Shown here: piece after piece, positions 1-9,215 of the stretch
Layout of the letters: each line of letters opens with the position of its first letter
Position numbering within the stretch: the first letter of the stretch is position 1
Assembly (NCBI GenBank): GCA_963791645.1
Contig: CAWBTJ010000050.1
Coordinates: forward strand, 3,277-67,276
Source: Vulcanimicrobiota bacterium
Lineage (GTDB): Bacteria > Vulcanimicrobiota > Vulcanimicrobiia > Vulcanimicrobiales > Vulcanimicrobiaceae
Length of the DNA stretch: 64,000 bases
Direction: 5' to 3'
Translations under genes and position numbers: made by a program
The notes under the pieces: model-generated
The model's database searches: none
Seen by the model: only the letters and a program-made list of their open reading frames with translations
Told to the model about the DNA's origin: nothing

Positions 1-26
1 GGGCGCGTGCCGGCGAGCGGAATGTC

Positions 27-55
27 TTGACTGGGATTCGTCACCCGGATATAAT
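27..55 (+). promoter_or_regulatory. sigma70-type promoter
   Basis: TTGACT (27-32), 17 nt spacer, TATAAT (50-55): near-consensus in a GC-rich background. Confidence 0.8.
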
Positions 56-60
56 CAGGC

Positions 61-122
61 CACCTCCGCTTCGTCAGCGGTGAAGCAGCTTCGGGCATCG
101 TCCGAAGCTGCTTCCGTTTTGT
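61..122 (+). ncRNA. candidate small structured RNA or attenuator, copy 1 (small hairpin plus terminator hairpin)
   Basis: Directly after the sigma70 promoter; CCGC-ttcgtca-GCGG hairpin, then a 15-bp stem (82-96/100-114) followed by CGTTTTGT. Confidence 0.55.
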
Positions 123-241
123 GTGTTAGGGGTTCGCCGGCTCTTCACGCTCCGGTCCGCGGCGGTGTACTTTCCGGACGAGTACGTGCTGATTCACCGT
201 CGCGAGAAGTGCCGCGCCTTCTAGCTAGGGCATCCTGAAAC

Positions 242-297
242 GTCCGCCTAGTCAGCGGACAGCAGCCTCGGACACCGTCCGGGGCTGTTTCCGTTCT
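242..297 (+). ncRNA. candidate small structured RNA, copy 2 (paralog of 61-122)
   Basis: GTCCGC-ctagtca-GCGGAC hairpin and a 13-bp stem (261-273/277-289); alignable to copy 1 with compensatory changes. Confidence 0.5.
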
Positions 298-317
298 CGG
301 GGCGGAGCGCTGCAACC

Positions 318-345
318 TAAGGTCGCGGCGCCCGCTTGCCGATGG
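318..345 (+). promoter_or_regulatory. sigma28 (FliA/SigD)-like promoter of flgB
   Basis: TAAGG-N15-GCCGATGG, 8 nt before ATG 354. Confidence 0.6.
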
Positions 346-353
346 CTCAGGGG

Positions 354-779
354 ATGGGCGACATTTCCTTCGGCCAGACCGTCGGCATGCTCAAGAACGC
401 GATGGACGGCGCGGGCACCGCGCACGGCGTCATCGCGAACAACATCGCGAACGTCAACACGCCGAATTTCCGGCGCTCCGACGTCTCGTTCAAAGACGCG
501 CTGGCCGCGACCGAGCCGACGCCGGGCGATCCCGACGAGCTCGGGCTGGCGACCACGTCCGACCGGCACTTCGCGGCCGGCGGCGCGCAGGGCGCCCAGC
601 CGTTCGCGGTCACGACGACCGTTCAGCAAGACCAGCAGATGCGCGTCGACGGCTCCAACGTCGACGTCGATCAAGAGATGGCGAAGCTGTCCCTCAACTC
701 CGCCTACGCCCAGACGATGGGCCAGCTGCTGCAAAACCAGTACTCGCGCCTGCGCCAGGCGATCCAGGAGCGCTTCTAA
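354..779 (+). CDS. flgB: flagellar basal-body rod protein FlgB
   Basis: VIANNIANVNTPNFRRSDVSF and DGSNVDVDQEM motifs; first gene of flgBC-fliE. Confidence 0.95.
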   Translation: MGDISFGQTVGMLKNAMDGAGTAHGVIANNIANVNTPNFRRSDVSFKDALAATEPTPGDPDELGLATTSDRHFAAGGAQGAQPFAVTTTVQQDQQMRVDGSNVDVDQEMAKLSLNSAYAQTMGQLLQNQYSRLRQAIQERF

Positions 780-781
780 CC

Positions 782-1231
782 GTGGGTTTTTACACCTCGA
801 TCGAGGTCAGCGCGACCGGCCTGTCGGCCGAGCGGCTCGCGATGGACACCATCGCGAACAACATCGCCAACGTCAACACGACGCGCACCGCCGAGGGCGG
901 CCCGTTCAAGCGGCAGCTGGTGGTGTACGCGCAGAAGAACGAGCCGACCGCGGCGTCCGCCAACGCGCTCGACGACGCGAACGATCCGGCGCGCTCGCGC
1001 GCGGGCGTCGACGTGGTCGGGATCGTCAAGGACCAGGGCCCCGACAAGCTGATCTACGATCCGTCGCATCCCGACGCCGACGCGCAAGGCTACGTGCACA
1101 TGCCCAACGTCGACGTGGTCAAGGAGATGGTCGACATGATGGCCGCCTCGCGCGCCTACGAAGCCAACGTGACGGCGATCCAGGAAGCCCGCGCGATGGG
1201 CACCGCGACGCTGGGGCTGCTCAAAGCCTGA
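782..1231 (+). CDS. flgC: flagellar basal-body rod protein FlgC
   Basis: SATGLSAERLAMDTIANNIANVNTTRT; YDPSHPDADAQGYVHMPNV; EMVDMMAASRAYEAN. Confidence 0.97.
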   Translation: MGFYTSIEVSATGLSAERLAMDTIANNIANVNTTRTAEGGPFKRQLVVYAQKNEPTAASANALDDANDPARSRAGVDVVGIVKDQGPDKLIYDPSHPDADAQGYVHMPNVDVVKEMVDMMAASRAYEANVTAIQEARAMGTATLGLLKA

Positions 1232-1608
1232 TGGACTACGGCAGCGCGATCTCCAAGGTCGTCCCGGGCACGTTCGTCCCGGATCTCGGCGCCGCGATCA
1301 AGCTCGACGAGCGCCCCAACGTCGGCCCGATCCCGGGACGTCGCCGACGGCGTCGCCGGTGTCACCGGCGTCGCGCCGACGCGGAAGGCACGTCGTTCCG
1401 CGACACCGTCAAGTCGATGCTCGCCGACGTGAACGACAAGATCACCGTGTCCGACCAGGCGCAGCGCGACCTCGCGAGCGGCAAGACGAACGACCTCCAG
1501 AAGGTCGTCACGTCGGTCGAGGAAGCGAACCTCGCCCTGAACTTCACGATGTCGATGCGCACGAAGCTGCTCGAGGCGTACCAAGAGATCGCGAGGATGC
1601 AGATTTAG
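1231..1608 (+). CDS. fliE: flagellar hook-basal body protein FliE (middle has a probable pair of compensating indels)
   Basis: C-terminus EEANLALNFTMSMRTKLLEAYQEIARMQI; the internal poly-Arg stretch looks like a local frame slip. Confidence 0.9.
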   Translation: MDYGSAISKVVPGTFVPDLGAAIKLDERPNVGPIPGRRRRRRRCHRRRADAEGTSFRDTVKSMLADVNDKITVSDQAQRDLASGKTNDLQKVVTSVEEANLALNFTMSMRTKLLEAYQEIARMQI

Positions 1609-1753
1609 CAGCGGCTTCGCCGCGCTAAATCCGGCATGACCCGCGTTCGACGCGGGTCAGCCTTCTGGCTGAGTGGTGACGCTCAACGTGTTGCCCGCTC
1701 GACGCGGGGCAGCCTAACGGGGTGGGTGGCGACCTCAGCGTATAGGCTAGGCG

Positions 1754-2713
1754 ATGGGTTCGGAGGAGCTGATCGGCGGGCGGTATCGGTTGGAGCATGT
1801 TGCCGGGCATGGCGGGATGGCGACGGTTTTCGTTGCGCACGATACGAAGCTCGACCGCAAGGTCGCGATCAAGCTGCTCTCGCGGCGGCGTGATGCGAGC
1901 GGGGTGCTGAACAAGCGGTTCGAGCGCGAGGCGCGGGCCGAGGCGAAGATCGTGCATCCAAACGTGGTGTCCGTGCACGACGTGGGCGAGCACGAAGGCC
2001 GGCCGTACATCGTGATGGACTACGTCGAAGGCGAACCGCTGGCGGATTTGATCGCGGGGGCACCGCTGTCGTCCGAGCGCGTCGCGGCGATCGGGTTCGG
2101 CGTCGCGCGCGCGCTTGCCGCCGCGCACGGGCACGGCATCTTTCACCGAGACGTCAAGCCGGCCAACATCATCATCGACGGTCAAGGCATCCCGCACCTG
2201 ATGGATTTCGGGCTCGCGCGTGAGCTCGACGACGATGATCCGGGCGTCACGGCGCCGGGGCTGCTGGTCGGCACGGCGCACTACGTCGCGCCGGAGCAGG
2301 CGCGCTACGGGACGGCGAGCCCCGCGGCGGACTTGTACTCGCTGGGCGCGGTGCTGTACCACGCGCTTACGGGCGAGCCGCCGTTCTCCGGGGGCAACGC
2401 GCTCGACGTCGCGCTGCGCCGCTTCGAGGAAGACCCCGCCGAGCTGCGCGTGCTGCTCCCTGCTGCCGACTCGGAGCTCACCGAGCTGATCCACGCGCTG
2501 CTCGCGCGCGATCCCGTCGACCGGCCGTGGGACGCGGCGATGATCGCCGAGCGGCTCGGAGACATCGCGGCACGCCTGCGCGCAACGCGCACCGCCGGCG
2601 AGGCGCCAGGAGCCGCTGGCGCTAAAGTCCCCGCCCGCGACGCCGATCAAGAACAGGTAAGCGGCCGGACAACCCTCGCACGGCTGGGGCCGCTGCGGAT
2701 CCCGATCGATTGA
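1754..2713 (+). CDS. Hanks-type Ser/Thr protein kinase, cytoplasmic
   Basis: GHGGMATV, VAIK, HRDVKPANI, DFGLA, GTAHYVAPE, DLYSLG; no TM or PASTA region. Confidence 0.92.
   Translation: MGSEELIGGRYRLEHVAGHGGMATVFVAHDTKLDRKVAIKLLSRRRDASGVLNKRFEREARAEAKIVHPNVVSVHDVGEHEGRPYIVMDYVEGEPLADLIAGAPLSSERVAAIGFGVARALAAAHGHGIFHRDVKPANIIIDGQGIPHLMDFGLARELDDDDPGVTAPGLLVGTAHYVAPEQARYGTASPAADLYSLGAVLYHALTGEPPFSGGNALDVALRRFEEDPAELRVLLPAADSELTELIHALLARDPVDRPWDAAMIAERLGDIAARLRATRTAGEAPGAAGAKVPARDADQEQVSGRTTLARLGPLRIPID
2623..2649 (+). promoter_or_regulatory. sigma28-like promoter for flgFG, inside the 3' end of the kinase gene
   Basis: TAAAG-N14-GCCGATCA. Confidence 0.7.
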
Positions 2714-2756
2714 CGGATCCGCGTTTATCAACTGGACGTGCGGAGGGCTTTTTACT

Positions 2757-3540
2757 TTGGTCCGTGGCATGTACACGGCGGCGTCCGGGGCGCTCGTCGC
2801 GCAATCAGCGGTCGACGTCATCGCGAACAACCTCGCGAACGTCAACACCGCGGGGTTCAAGCGCACGCTGCTCCAGGTGCAGTCGCAGCCCGAGCGCGAC
2901 CTCTACCGCTTCCAGACCGATCCCGCCAAGAACGGCGGGCGTCGCGACGCAGACGCGCATCGGCGCGCTGGGCAGCGGCGCGCAAATCTACGACACGCCG
3001 GCGGACTACGCGCAAGGCGCGCTCGCGGCAACCGGCAACGACCTCGACGTCGCGCTGAGCGGCCCGGGCTTCTTCGCGGTGCGCGAAGGCAACGGCAATG
3101 TCCGCTACACGCGCGACGGGGCCTTCCTGCGCGACCAGAACGGTTTTCTGACGGCGCAGAACGGCGACCGCGTGCTGGGACGCAACGCTGCGCCGATCGT
3201 GCTGCCCGCCAGCGGCAAGGTGCAGATCGGCCGCGACGGCGCGATCAGCATCGACGGCCGCGCCTACAATCAAGTCGGGGTCGTGGAGTTCGCGAACCCC
3301 GCTGCGCTGCGCCCCGAAGGCGCGAGCCGCTTCGTCGACACCGGCGCCGGCGGCGTGCGCGCCGCGACGAACACCACCGCGCTGCAAGGCACGCTGGAGA
3401 AGAGCAACGCCGACGTCATCCGCTCGATGGTCGATCTGATCGCCAACGAGCGCTGGTTCGACGCGAACGAGAAATCGATCCAAACCCAAGACGATGCGGT
3501 CGCGCGAGCGACGTCAGCCGTCGGCCGCACGAACGCATAG
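2757..3540 (+). CDS. flgF: flagellar rod protein FlgF (FlgF/FlgG family), frameshift near 2940
   Basis: [11 protein letters not shown]...[15 protein letters not shown] in one frame, continuing as [15 protein letters not shown]...YTRDG...QGTLEKSN in the 2710-3540 frame. Confidence 0.88.
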
Positions 3541-5392
3541 GAGCGACCCCGACCATGATGAGAGCGCTGTACACCGCCGCGACGGGGATGCTCGCGCAGC
3601 AGTACAACATCGACACGATCTCCAACAACCTGGCGAACGTGAACACCACGGGGTTCCGCAAGAACTCCGCGCACTTCCAGGACCTGATCTATCAGAACCT
3701 GCGCGCGCCCGGTACGCCGGTCGGCCCGTCGGTCGTGCCCGTCGGCCAGGACGTCGGCCTCGGCGTGAAGATCGGCGCGTCGGAGAAGTCGTTCACGCAA
3801 GGCGTGCTGCAGCAGACCAGCAACCCGCTCGACATCGCGATCGAAGGCGAAGGGTTCTTCCAGGTGACGCAGCCCGACGGCACCGCCGCGTACACGCGCG
3901 ACGGCTCGTTCAAGCGCGACGCGAACGGCTCGATCGTCACCGCCGACGGCTACTTCCTCAACCCGCAGATCACCATCCCGCAGAACGCGACGTCGGTGCA
4001 GGTCGGGCAGGACGGCATCGTCACGGCGCTGATCCCCGGCCAGCAGACGCCGCAGCAGCTCGGCCAGATCCAGCTCGTGCGCTTCACCAACGCCGCGGGC
4101 CTCGCGCCGCAGGGCCGCAACCTGTTCATCGCAGACCGGCGCGTCCGGCGCGCCGACGCTCACGCAGCCCGGCCTCAACGGCACCGGCACGCTGCAAGGC
4201 GGTACCTCGAGCAGAGCAACGTCGCAGTCGTGGAAGAGATGGTCAACCTGATCACCGCCAGCGCGCGTACGAAGCGAACTCGAAGGCGATCACGACCGCC
4301 GACGAGATGCTCAAACCGCCGTCCAGACGAAGCGGCGTCGTGGAGTTCGCGAACCCCGCGGCGCTGCGCCCCGAAGGCGCGAACCGCTTCGTCGACACCG
4401 GCGCCGGCGGCGTGCGCGCCGCGACGAACACCACCGCGCTGCAAGGCACGCTGGAGAAGAGCAACGCCGACGTCATCCGCTCGATGGTCGATCTGATCGC
4501 CAACGAGCGCTGGTTCGACGCGAACGAAAAATCGATCCAAACCCAAGACGAGCGGTCGGCGAGCGATCACGGTCGTCGGCCGCACGAACGCTTAGGAGCG
4601 ACCCCGACCATGATGAGAGCGCTGTACACCGCCGCGACGGGCATGCTCGCGCAGCAGTACAACATCGACACGATCAGCAACAACCTCGCGAACGTGAACA
4701 CCACGGGGTTCCGCAAGAACTCCGCGCACTTCCAGGACCTGATCTATCAGAACCTGCGCGCGCCCGGTACGCCGGTCGGCCCGTCGGTCGTGCCCGTCGG
4801 TCAGGACGTCGGCCTCGGCGTGAAGATCGGCGCGTCGGAGAAGTCGTTCACGCAAGGCGTGCTGCAGCAGACCAGCAACCCGCTCGACATCGCGATCGAA
4901 GGCGAAGGGTTCTTCCAGGTGACGCAGCCCGACGGCACCGCCGCGTACACGCGCGACGGCTCGTTCAAGCGCGACGCGAACGGCTCGATCGTCACCGCCG
5001 ACGGCTACTTCCTCAACCCGCAGATCACCATCCCGCAGAACGCGACGTCGGTGCAGATCGGGCAGGACGGCATCGTCACCGCGCTGATCCCCGGCCAGCA
5101 GACGCCGCAGCAGCTCGGCCAAATCCAGCTCGTGCGCTTCACCAACGCCGCGGGCCTCGCGCCGCAGGGCCGCAACTTGTTCATGCAGACCGGCGCGTCC
5201 GGCGCGCCGACGCTCACGCAGCCCGGTCTCAACGGCACGGGCACGCTGCAAGGCGGCTACCTCGAGCAGAGCAACGTCGCGGTCGTGGAAGAGATGGTCA
5301 ACCTGATCACCGCCCAGCGCGCGTACGAAGCGAACTCCAAGGCGATCACGACCGCCGACGAGATGCTCCAAACCGCCGTCCAGACGAAACGC
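3280..5392 (+). repeat. tandem duplication of ~1.06 kb (3' flgF plus flgG); units ~3280-4334 and ~4337-5392
   Basis: GTCGTGGAGTTCGCGAACCCC recurs at 3280 and 4337; flgG ATGs at 3555 and 4610. Confidence 0.95.
3555..4334 (+). pseudogene. flgG: flgG copy 1, frameshifted in its 3' part and lacking its stop codon
   Basis: Matches copy 2 but has indels near 4129, 4203, 4259 and 4313, then jumps back into flgF sequence. Confidence 0.8.
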
Positions 5393-5395
5393 TGA
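4610..5395 (+). CDS. flgG: flagellar distal rod protein FlgG (intact copy)
   Basis: [34 protein letters not shown]...[27 protein letters not shown]. Confidence 0.97.
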   Translation: MMRALYTAATGMLAQQYNIDTISNNLANVNTTGFRKNSAHFQDLIYQNLRAPGTPVGPSVVPVGQDVGLGVKIGASEKSFTQGVLQQTSNPLDIAIEGEGFFQVTQPDGTAAYTRDGSFKRDANGSIVTADGYFLNPQITIPQNATSVQIGQDGIVTALIPGQQTPQQLGQIQLVRFTNAAGLAPQGRNLFMQTGASGAPTLTQPGLNGTGTLQGGYLEQSNVAVVEEMVNLITAQRAYEANSKAITTADEMLQTAVQTKR

Positions 5396-6128
5396 TGACC
5401 GATCGCGCCGCGCGCTCGCGTTCGTGATGGCATGATCTCTGCGCTCGTGCGCACAGCTGGTGTTCCGCGCGGCCGCGAAGCGGATGGTGCAGGTCGTCTC
5501 GCGGCGCGCGCATCGCGGGCGATCGCCGACAAGATCGCGCACGGGCTCGTCAACGGGCCCGACCGCTCGATCGCGCCGGCGTATGCGGTCGCCGATCAGA
5601 ACCTTCCCGCCGGCGACGTGCAGCTCGCGCCCGCGGGTTCGCCGTTCGTCACGTCGACGTACGTCGGCGTGCCCGTCGCGATCCGCGTCGACGGCAAGCT
5701 CGCGCGCACGGTCGTCGCGGGCTATCGGGTCACGACGTACGTGCATACCGCCGTGGCCGCGCGTGACCTCGCGCCCGGCGCGGTGCTCGCCGAAGCCGAT
5801 CTCGCGCTCGCGCGCGTCGCGTCGAACGGCCGCCCCGCGGTCGGCACCGACGTGCTCGTCGGGCCGCAAGCTCAACAGCGCCACCGTCAAAGGCGTGCCG
5901 CTCTACGTCGAGCAGACCGTCCCCGACACCGTCGTCAAGGCCGGTCAGGCCGCGATCCTCATGGTCCGCGACGGCCCCGTCGCGCTGACGGTCGACGTCG
6001 TCGCTCGCACGGGCGGCGCAGTCGGTGACACCGTGACCGTGTTCAACCCGCAGACCCAAAAAGCGATCGCCGCGGTGGTCACCGGACCGAACCGCGTCGA
6101 GCTCACCCTGCCCGGAGGCGAACGCTAA
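5395..6128 (+). CDS. flgA: P-ring chaperone FlgA, frameshifted near 5860; start uncertain
   Basis: SAF-like AVAARDLAPGAVLAEADL, then in another frame VVKAGQ...GAVGDTVTVFNPQTQKAIAAVVTGPNRV; lies between flgG and flgH. Confidence 0.8.
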
Positions 6129-6129
6129 C

Positions 6130-6735
6130 ATGCGCGGTTTCCATTCCACGCCGCTCGCCGTCGCCGCGCTCGTCGCGGCATTGACCGTACCGGCGTTCGC
6201 CGACACGCTGTACCAAGCCGCGCCGCCGCCCGCCGGGCCGGGGCATCCGCTGCGCTTGGGCACCGATCACAAAGCCGCGCAAGTCGGCGACCTGCTGCAA
6301 GTGGTGTTCAACTTCAACGTCAACAGCACGAGCTCCGACGTCACCAACGTGAACAACAGCTACAACCTGGGCCTGGGCCAAGGGACGGGGCTCGCCAACG
6401 TGTCGCTGCTGCGCTTCGGCGCCGGCCTCAACGGCGGGCGGCAGACGCAGTCGAGCAAGACGCAGAGCGGCCAGAACACGTTCGTCAGCACGATGGAGGC
6501 GCAGGTCACCGACGTGCTGCCGTCCGGCGCGCTGCGCATCGCGGGCGACCAGGCGCTGATCGTCAACGGCCAGCGCCAGACGCTGCACATCACCGGCCTC
6601 GTGCGCCCCGAAGACATCGACAGCACCGACAGCGTCCTCTCGACGCGCGTCGCCAACGTCCAGGCCACCTTCAGCGGCAACTTCCAAGAGAAGAAAAAAG
6701 GCCTGATCCAAAAGATCCTGGACTTCCTGTTCTGA
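6130..6735 (+). CDS. flgH: flagellar L-ring protein FlgH
   Basis: DHKAAQVGDLL, VTDVLPSGALRIAG, ITGLVRPEDI; position between flgA and flgI. Confidence 0.9.
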   Translation: MRGFHSTPLAVAALVAALTVPAFADTLYQAAPPPAGPGHPLRLGTDHKAAQVGDLLQVVFNFNVNSTSSDVTNVNNSYNLGLGQGTGLANVSLLRFGAGLNGGRQTQSSKTQSGQNTFVSTMEAQVTDVLPSGALRIAGDQALIVNGQRQTLHITGLVRPEDIDSTDSVLSTRVANVQATFSGNFQEKKKGLIQKILDFLF

Positions 6736-6749
6736 CCGTGCCGATAACG

Positions 6750-7883
6750 ATGATGATGAAGAAGACGGTCTCGGCCCTGGTCCTCGGCGCGCTCCTCGCG
6801 AGCGGCGTCGCGTTCGTCCCCGCGCCCGCGAGCGCGCAGCCCGTGCGGCTCAAGGACGTGTCGCGCGTGCAGGGCGTCACGGCCAACCAGCTCGTCGGCT
6901 ACGGCCTAGTGATGGGGCTCGCGCAGACCGGCGACACCACGTCGGTGCTGTTCACCTCGAAGTCGATCCAGAACGTGCTGCAGTCGTTCGGCCTGACGAC
7001 CACCTCGCAGGACGTGCGCACGCGCAACGTCGCCGCGGTGATCGTCACCGCGTCGCTGCCGGCGTTCGCGCACTCCGGCGACACGGTCGACGTGACCGTC
7101 TCCTCGATGGGTGACGCGACGAGCCTGCAAGGCGGCACGCTGGTCCTCACCGAGCTGCGCGCGGCGAACAACCTCGTGTACGCGACCGCGCAAGGCCCGC
7201 TGTCGGTCGGCGGTTTCTACGCGACCGATCAGAGCGGCCAGAACTCGATCGTGAAGAACCACGTGACCGCCGGGCGCATCCCACAGGGCGCGGTGCTCGC
7301 GCGCGACATGATCACGAACATCCAGCAGGACCAGGCGGGCTTCTCGTACGTGCTGACCGCGCCGGATTTCAAGACGGCCGCTCGCGTCGCGCAGGTGCTC
7401 AACGGCCGCTTCGGCGCCGGGACCGCGCGCGCGAACGACGCCGAGACCATTCGCGTGAACCTGCCGCCGCGCTACGCCGGCGACCCGGTGAACTTTCTCG
7501 CCGACGCCGGCGACCTGAGCGTCAATGCCGACGCGCTGGCGAAAGTCGTCGTCAACGAGCGCACCGGCACCGTGGTCATGGGCGGCGACATCACGCTGGC
7601 CGCCTGCGCGATCGCGCACGGCAACCTGTCGATCACGATCAGCACCGACAACAAGGTGATCCCGCCCGGGCCGTTCACCACCGGCTCGCCGCAGCTGCAG
7701 TCCAACACGCGCATCACGGCGACCGAGACCGGCCGGCACCTCGTCTACATCTCCGGCGCCGCGACGCTCGCGCAGGTCGTGCGCGCGCTCAACACCATCG
7801 GCGTGTCGCCGCGCGACCTCATCGCGATCATCCAGGCGCTGCGCGAGTCCGGCTCGCTGCAAGCCGACGTGCAGATCATCTGA
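6750..7883 (+). CDS. flgI: flagellar P-ring protein FlgI
   Basis: RLKDVSRVQGV.NQLVGYGLVMGL.TGD, SLQGGTL, AKVVVNERTGTVVMG, AIAHGNL. Confidence 0.97.
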   Translation: MMMKKTVSALVLGALLASGVAFVPAPASAQPVRLKDVSRVQGVTANQLVGYGLVMGLAQTGDTTSVLFTSKSIQNVLQSFGLTTTSQDVRTRNVAAVIVTASLPAFAHSGDTVDVTVSSMGDATSLQGGTLVLTELRAANNLVYATAQGPLSVGGFYATDQSGQNSIVKNHVTAGRIPQGAVLARDMITNIQQDQAGFSYVLTAPDFKTAARVAQVLNGRFGAGTARANDAETIRVNLPPRYAGDPVNFLADAGDLSVNADALAKVVVNERTGTVVMGGDITLAACAIAHGNLSITISTDNKVIPPGPFTTGSPQLQSNTRITATETGRHLVYISGAATLAQVVRALNTIGVSPRDLIAIIQALRESGSLQADVQII

Positions 7884-8227
7884 TGGCATTCGACAAGATC
7901 GCCGGCCCGTCACAGGCGCCGCTCACCAACGACCAGCAGGCCGCGCTCAAGAAGCTGCACCAGGCGGCGCAGCAGATGGAGTCGCTGTTCGTCGACATGC
8001 TGTTCAAGGAGATGCGCAAGAGCGCGCCGCCGGTGTCGCTCACGGGCAAGACGTCCAACGCCGAAGCGACCTTCAGCGACATGCTCGACGAGAAGCGCGC
8101 GGAAGCGCTGTCAACGTCGGGCTCGCTGGGGATTGGTAAAATTTTGGAACAGCAGTTGCGCGCGTCGGTGCTCGCCGAACCCGGCACCGCTGCCCGCGCA
8201 CGCGTGCCCGGGGAGATCGGATCGTGA
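7883..8227 (+). CDS. flgJ: FlgJ, rod-binding domain only
   Basis: LHQAAQQMESLFVDMLFKEMRKS...FSDMLDE; no muramidase domain. Confidence 0.85.
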   Translation: MAFDKIAGPSQAPLTNDQQAALKKLHQAAQQMESLFVDMLFKEMRKSAPPVSLTGKTSNAEATFSDMLDEKRAEALSTSGSLGIGKILEQQLRASVLAEPGTAARARVPGEIGS

Positions 8228-8254
8228 TCGAGATCGCGCTCCGCTCGGTAGGAC

Positions 8255-8282
8255 TAAAGTCCCTGGGACCGGCCGACGATAC
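8255..8282 (+). promoter_or_regulatory. sigma28-like promoter of flgM
   Basis: TAAAG-N15-GACGATAC. Confidence 0.65.
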
Positions 8283-8323
8283 GCCTAGTAGCAAGGAAGC
8301 TACCGAAAGAGGCGTTCACAACC

Positions 8324-8611
8324 ATGATCATCTCGCGGGCCGAGATCGCATCGGCGCTCTCCGCCTACAAGACGGTGAAACGGAAAAAGTCCACCGATGC
8401 AGCGGCATCGCTCGACACGACGGACTCGTTCGAGCGTTCCGACGCGGCATCGTCGCTGGTCGCCTATCATTCGGCTGCCGCCGAACCGTTCTACCGGCCC
8501 GCGCTGGTCGATCACTTGCGCCATCAGATCTCCGAGGGCCGGTACTTCGTGCCGACGGAAGAGATCGTCGAACGGCTGCTGGGACGCCTGTTGATCGCTG
8601 CCGCGTACTGA
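8324..8611 (+). CDS. flgM: anti-sigma28 factor FlgM
   Basis: C-terminal RPALVDHLRHQISEGRYFVPTEEIVERLL pattern; position before flgN-flgK. Confidence 0.8.
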   Translation: MIISRAEIASALSAYKTVKRKKSTDAAASLDTTDSFERSDAASSLVAYHSAAAEPFYRPALVDHLRHQISEGRYFVPTEEIVERLLGRLLIAAAY

Positions 8612-8738
8612 GCGGCGCTAACGCCCAATTCGCGCGCCCTCGGGGAACCGCGCCTCACGATAATGGTGAGCGCGCGTGCGTCGGGGGGCCCCACGCAGAG
8701 CGTGGGGGGCGCGGAGCCAGGGGCGGAGCGCCGTTCAA

Positions 8739-9215
8739 ATGAGCGAGTGGCAGAAGTTCGGCGAGATCATCGCCGAGGAGTGCCGGCTCTTGAACGAGCT
8801 GGGTGCTGCCGCACTGGTGCTCACGGACGCGCTGGTCGCGAACGATCCGGATGCGATCGAGGCCGCGGAACGGCGCGTCGAGGCGCGCCGGGTGCTGCAC
8901 GGCACCGCGTACGCGCAGCGCGTCGCGATGCAGCGGCGCGGCTTCGGCACGCTCACGCTCGCGCAGGTGTGCGCGTACGCGCCGCCCGCGCTGCGCCGCC
9001 CCTTCTACGGGATCGCGCACGAGCTCGAGACCAGCAGCATGGCGCTGAAAATGACCGTCTCGAACAACAAGTCGCTCATCCTCGCCGGGATGGAGCGGCT
9101 CGCGCGCACCGTCGCGGTGCTGCAGCGCGCCGGGACGGAGCAAACCGGAACCTACCGCCGTCGTGGCGTCGTACCGCCGCCTGACGGAAGCGTCATCGTG
9201 AGTCGCAGAGCATGA
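8739..9215 (+). CDS. flgN: FlgN-like export chaperone
   Basis: Helical ~158 aa protein with NNKSLI and a GTY tail, between flgM and flgK. Confidence 0.65.
   Translation: MSEWQKFGEIIAEECRLLNELGAAALVLTDALVANDPDAIEAAERRVEARRVLHGTAYAQRVAMQRRGFGTLTLAQVCAYAPPALRRPFYGIAHELETSSMALKMTVSNNKSLILAGMERLARTVAVLQRAGTEQTGTYRRRGVVPPPDGSVIVSRRA

Noticed and set aside
60-340. c-di-GMP riboswitch upstream of flgB
   Set aside because: No GCAAA/GNRA tetraloop-receptor (class I) or kink-turn (class II) signature recognisable
1335-1380. Poly-arginine tract in FliE
   Set aside because: A neighbouring frame reads as ordinary DVADGVAGVTGVA, so it is probably a pair of compensating indels
2757-5395. Apparent FlgF-FlgG fusion ORFs (579 aa and 633 aa)
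   Set aside because: Produced by frameshifts and the tandem duplication
6740-6747. Perfect GCCGATAA box before flgI
   Set aside because: No TAAAG/TAAGG/TCAAG-like -35 at 14-15 nt; possible weak promoter but unsupported
8680-8735. GC-rich hairpin (CCCACGC-aga-GCGTGGG) between flgM and flgN
   Set aside because: Single copy, no U-tract and no covariation evidence in the window
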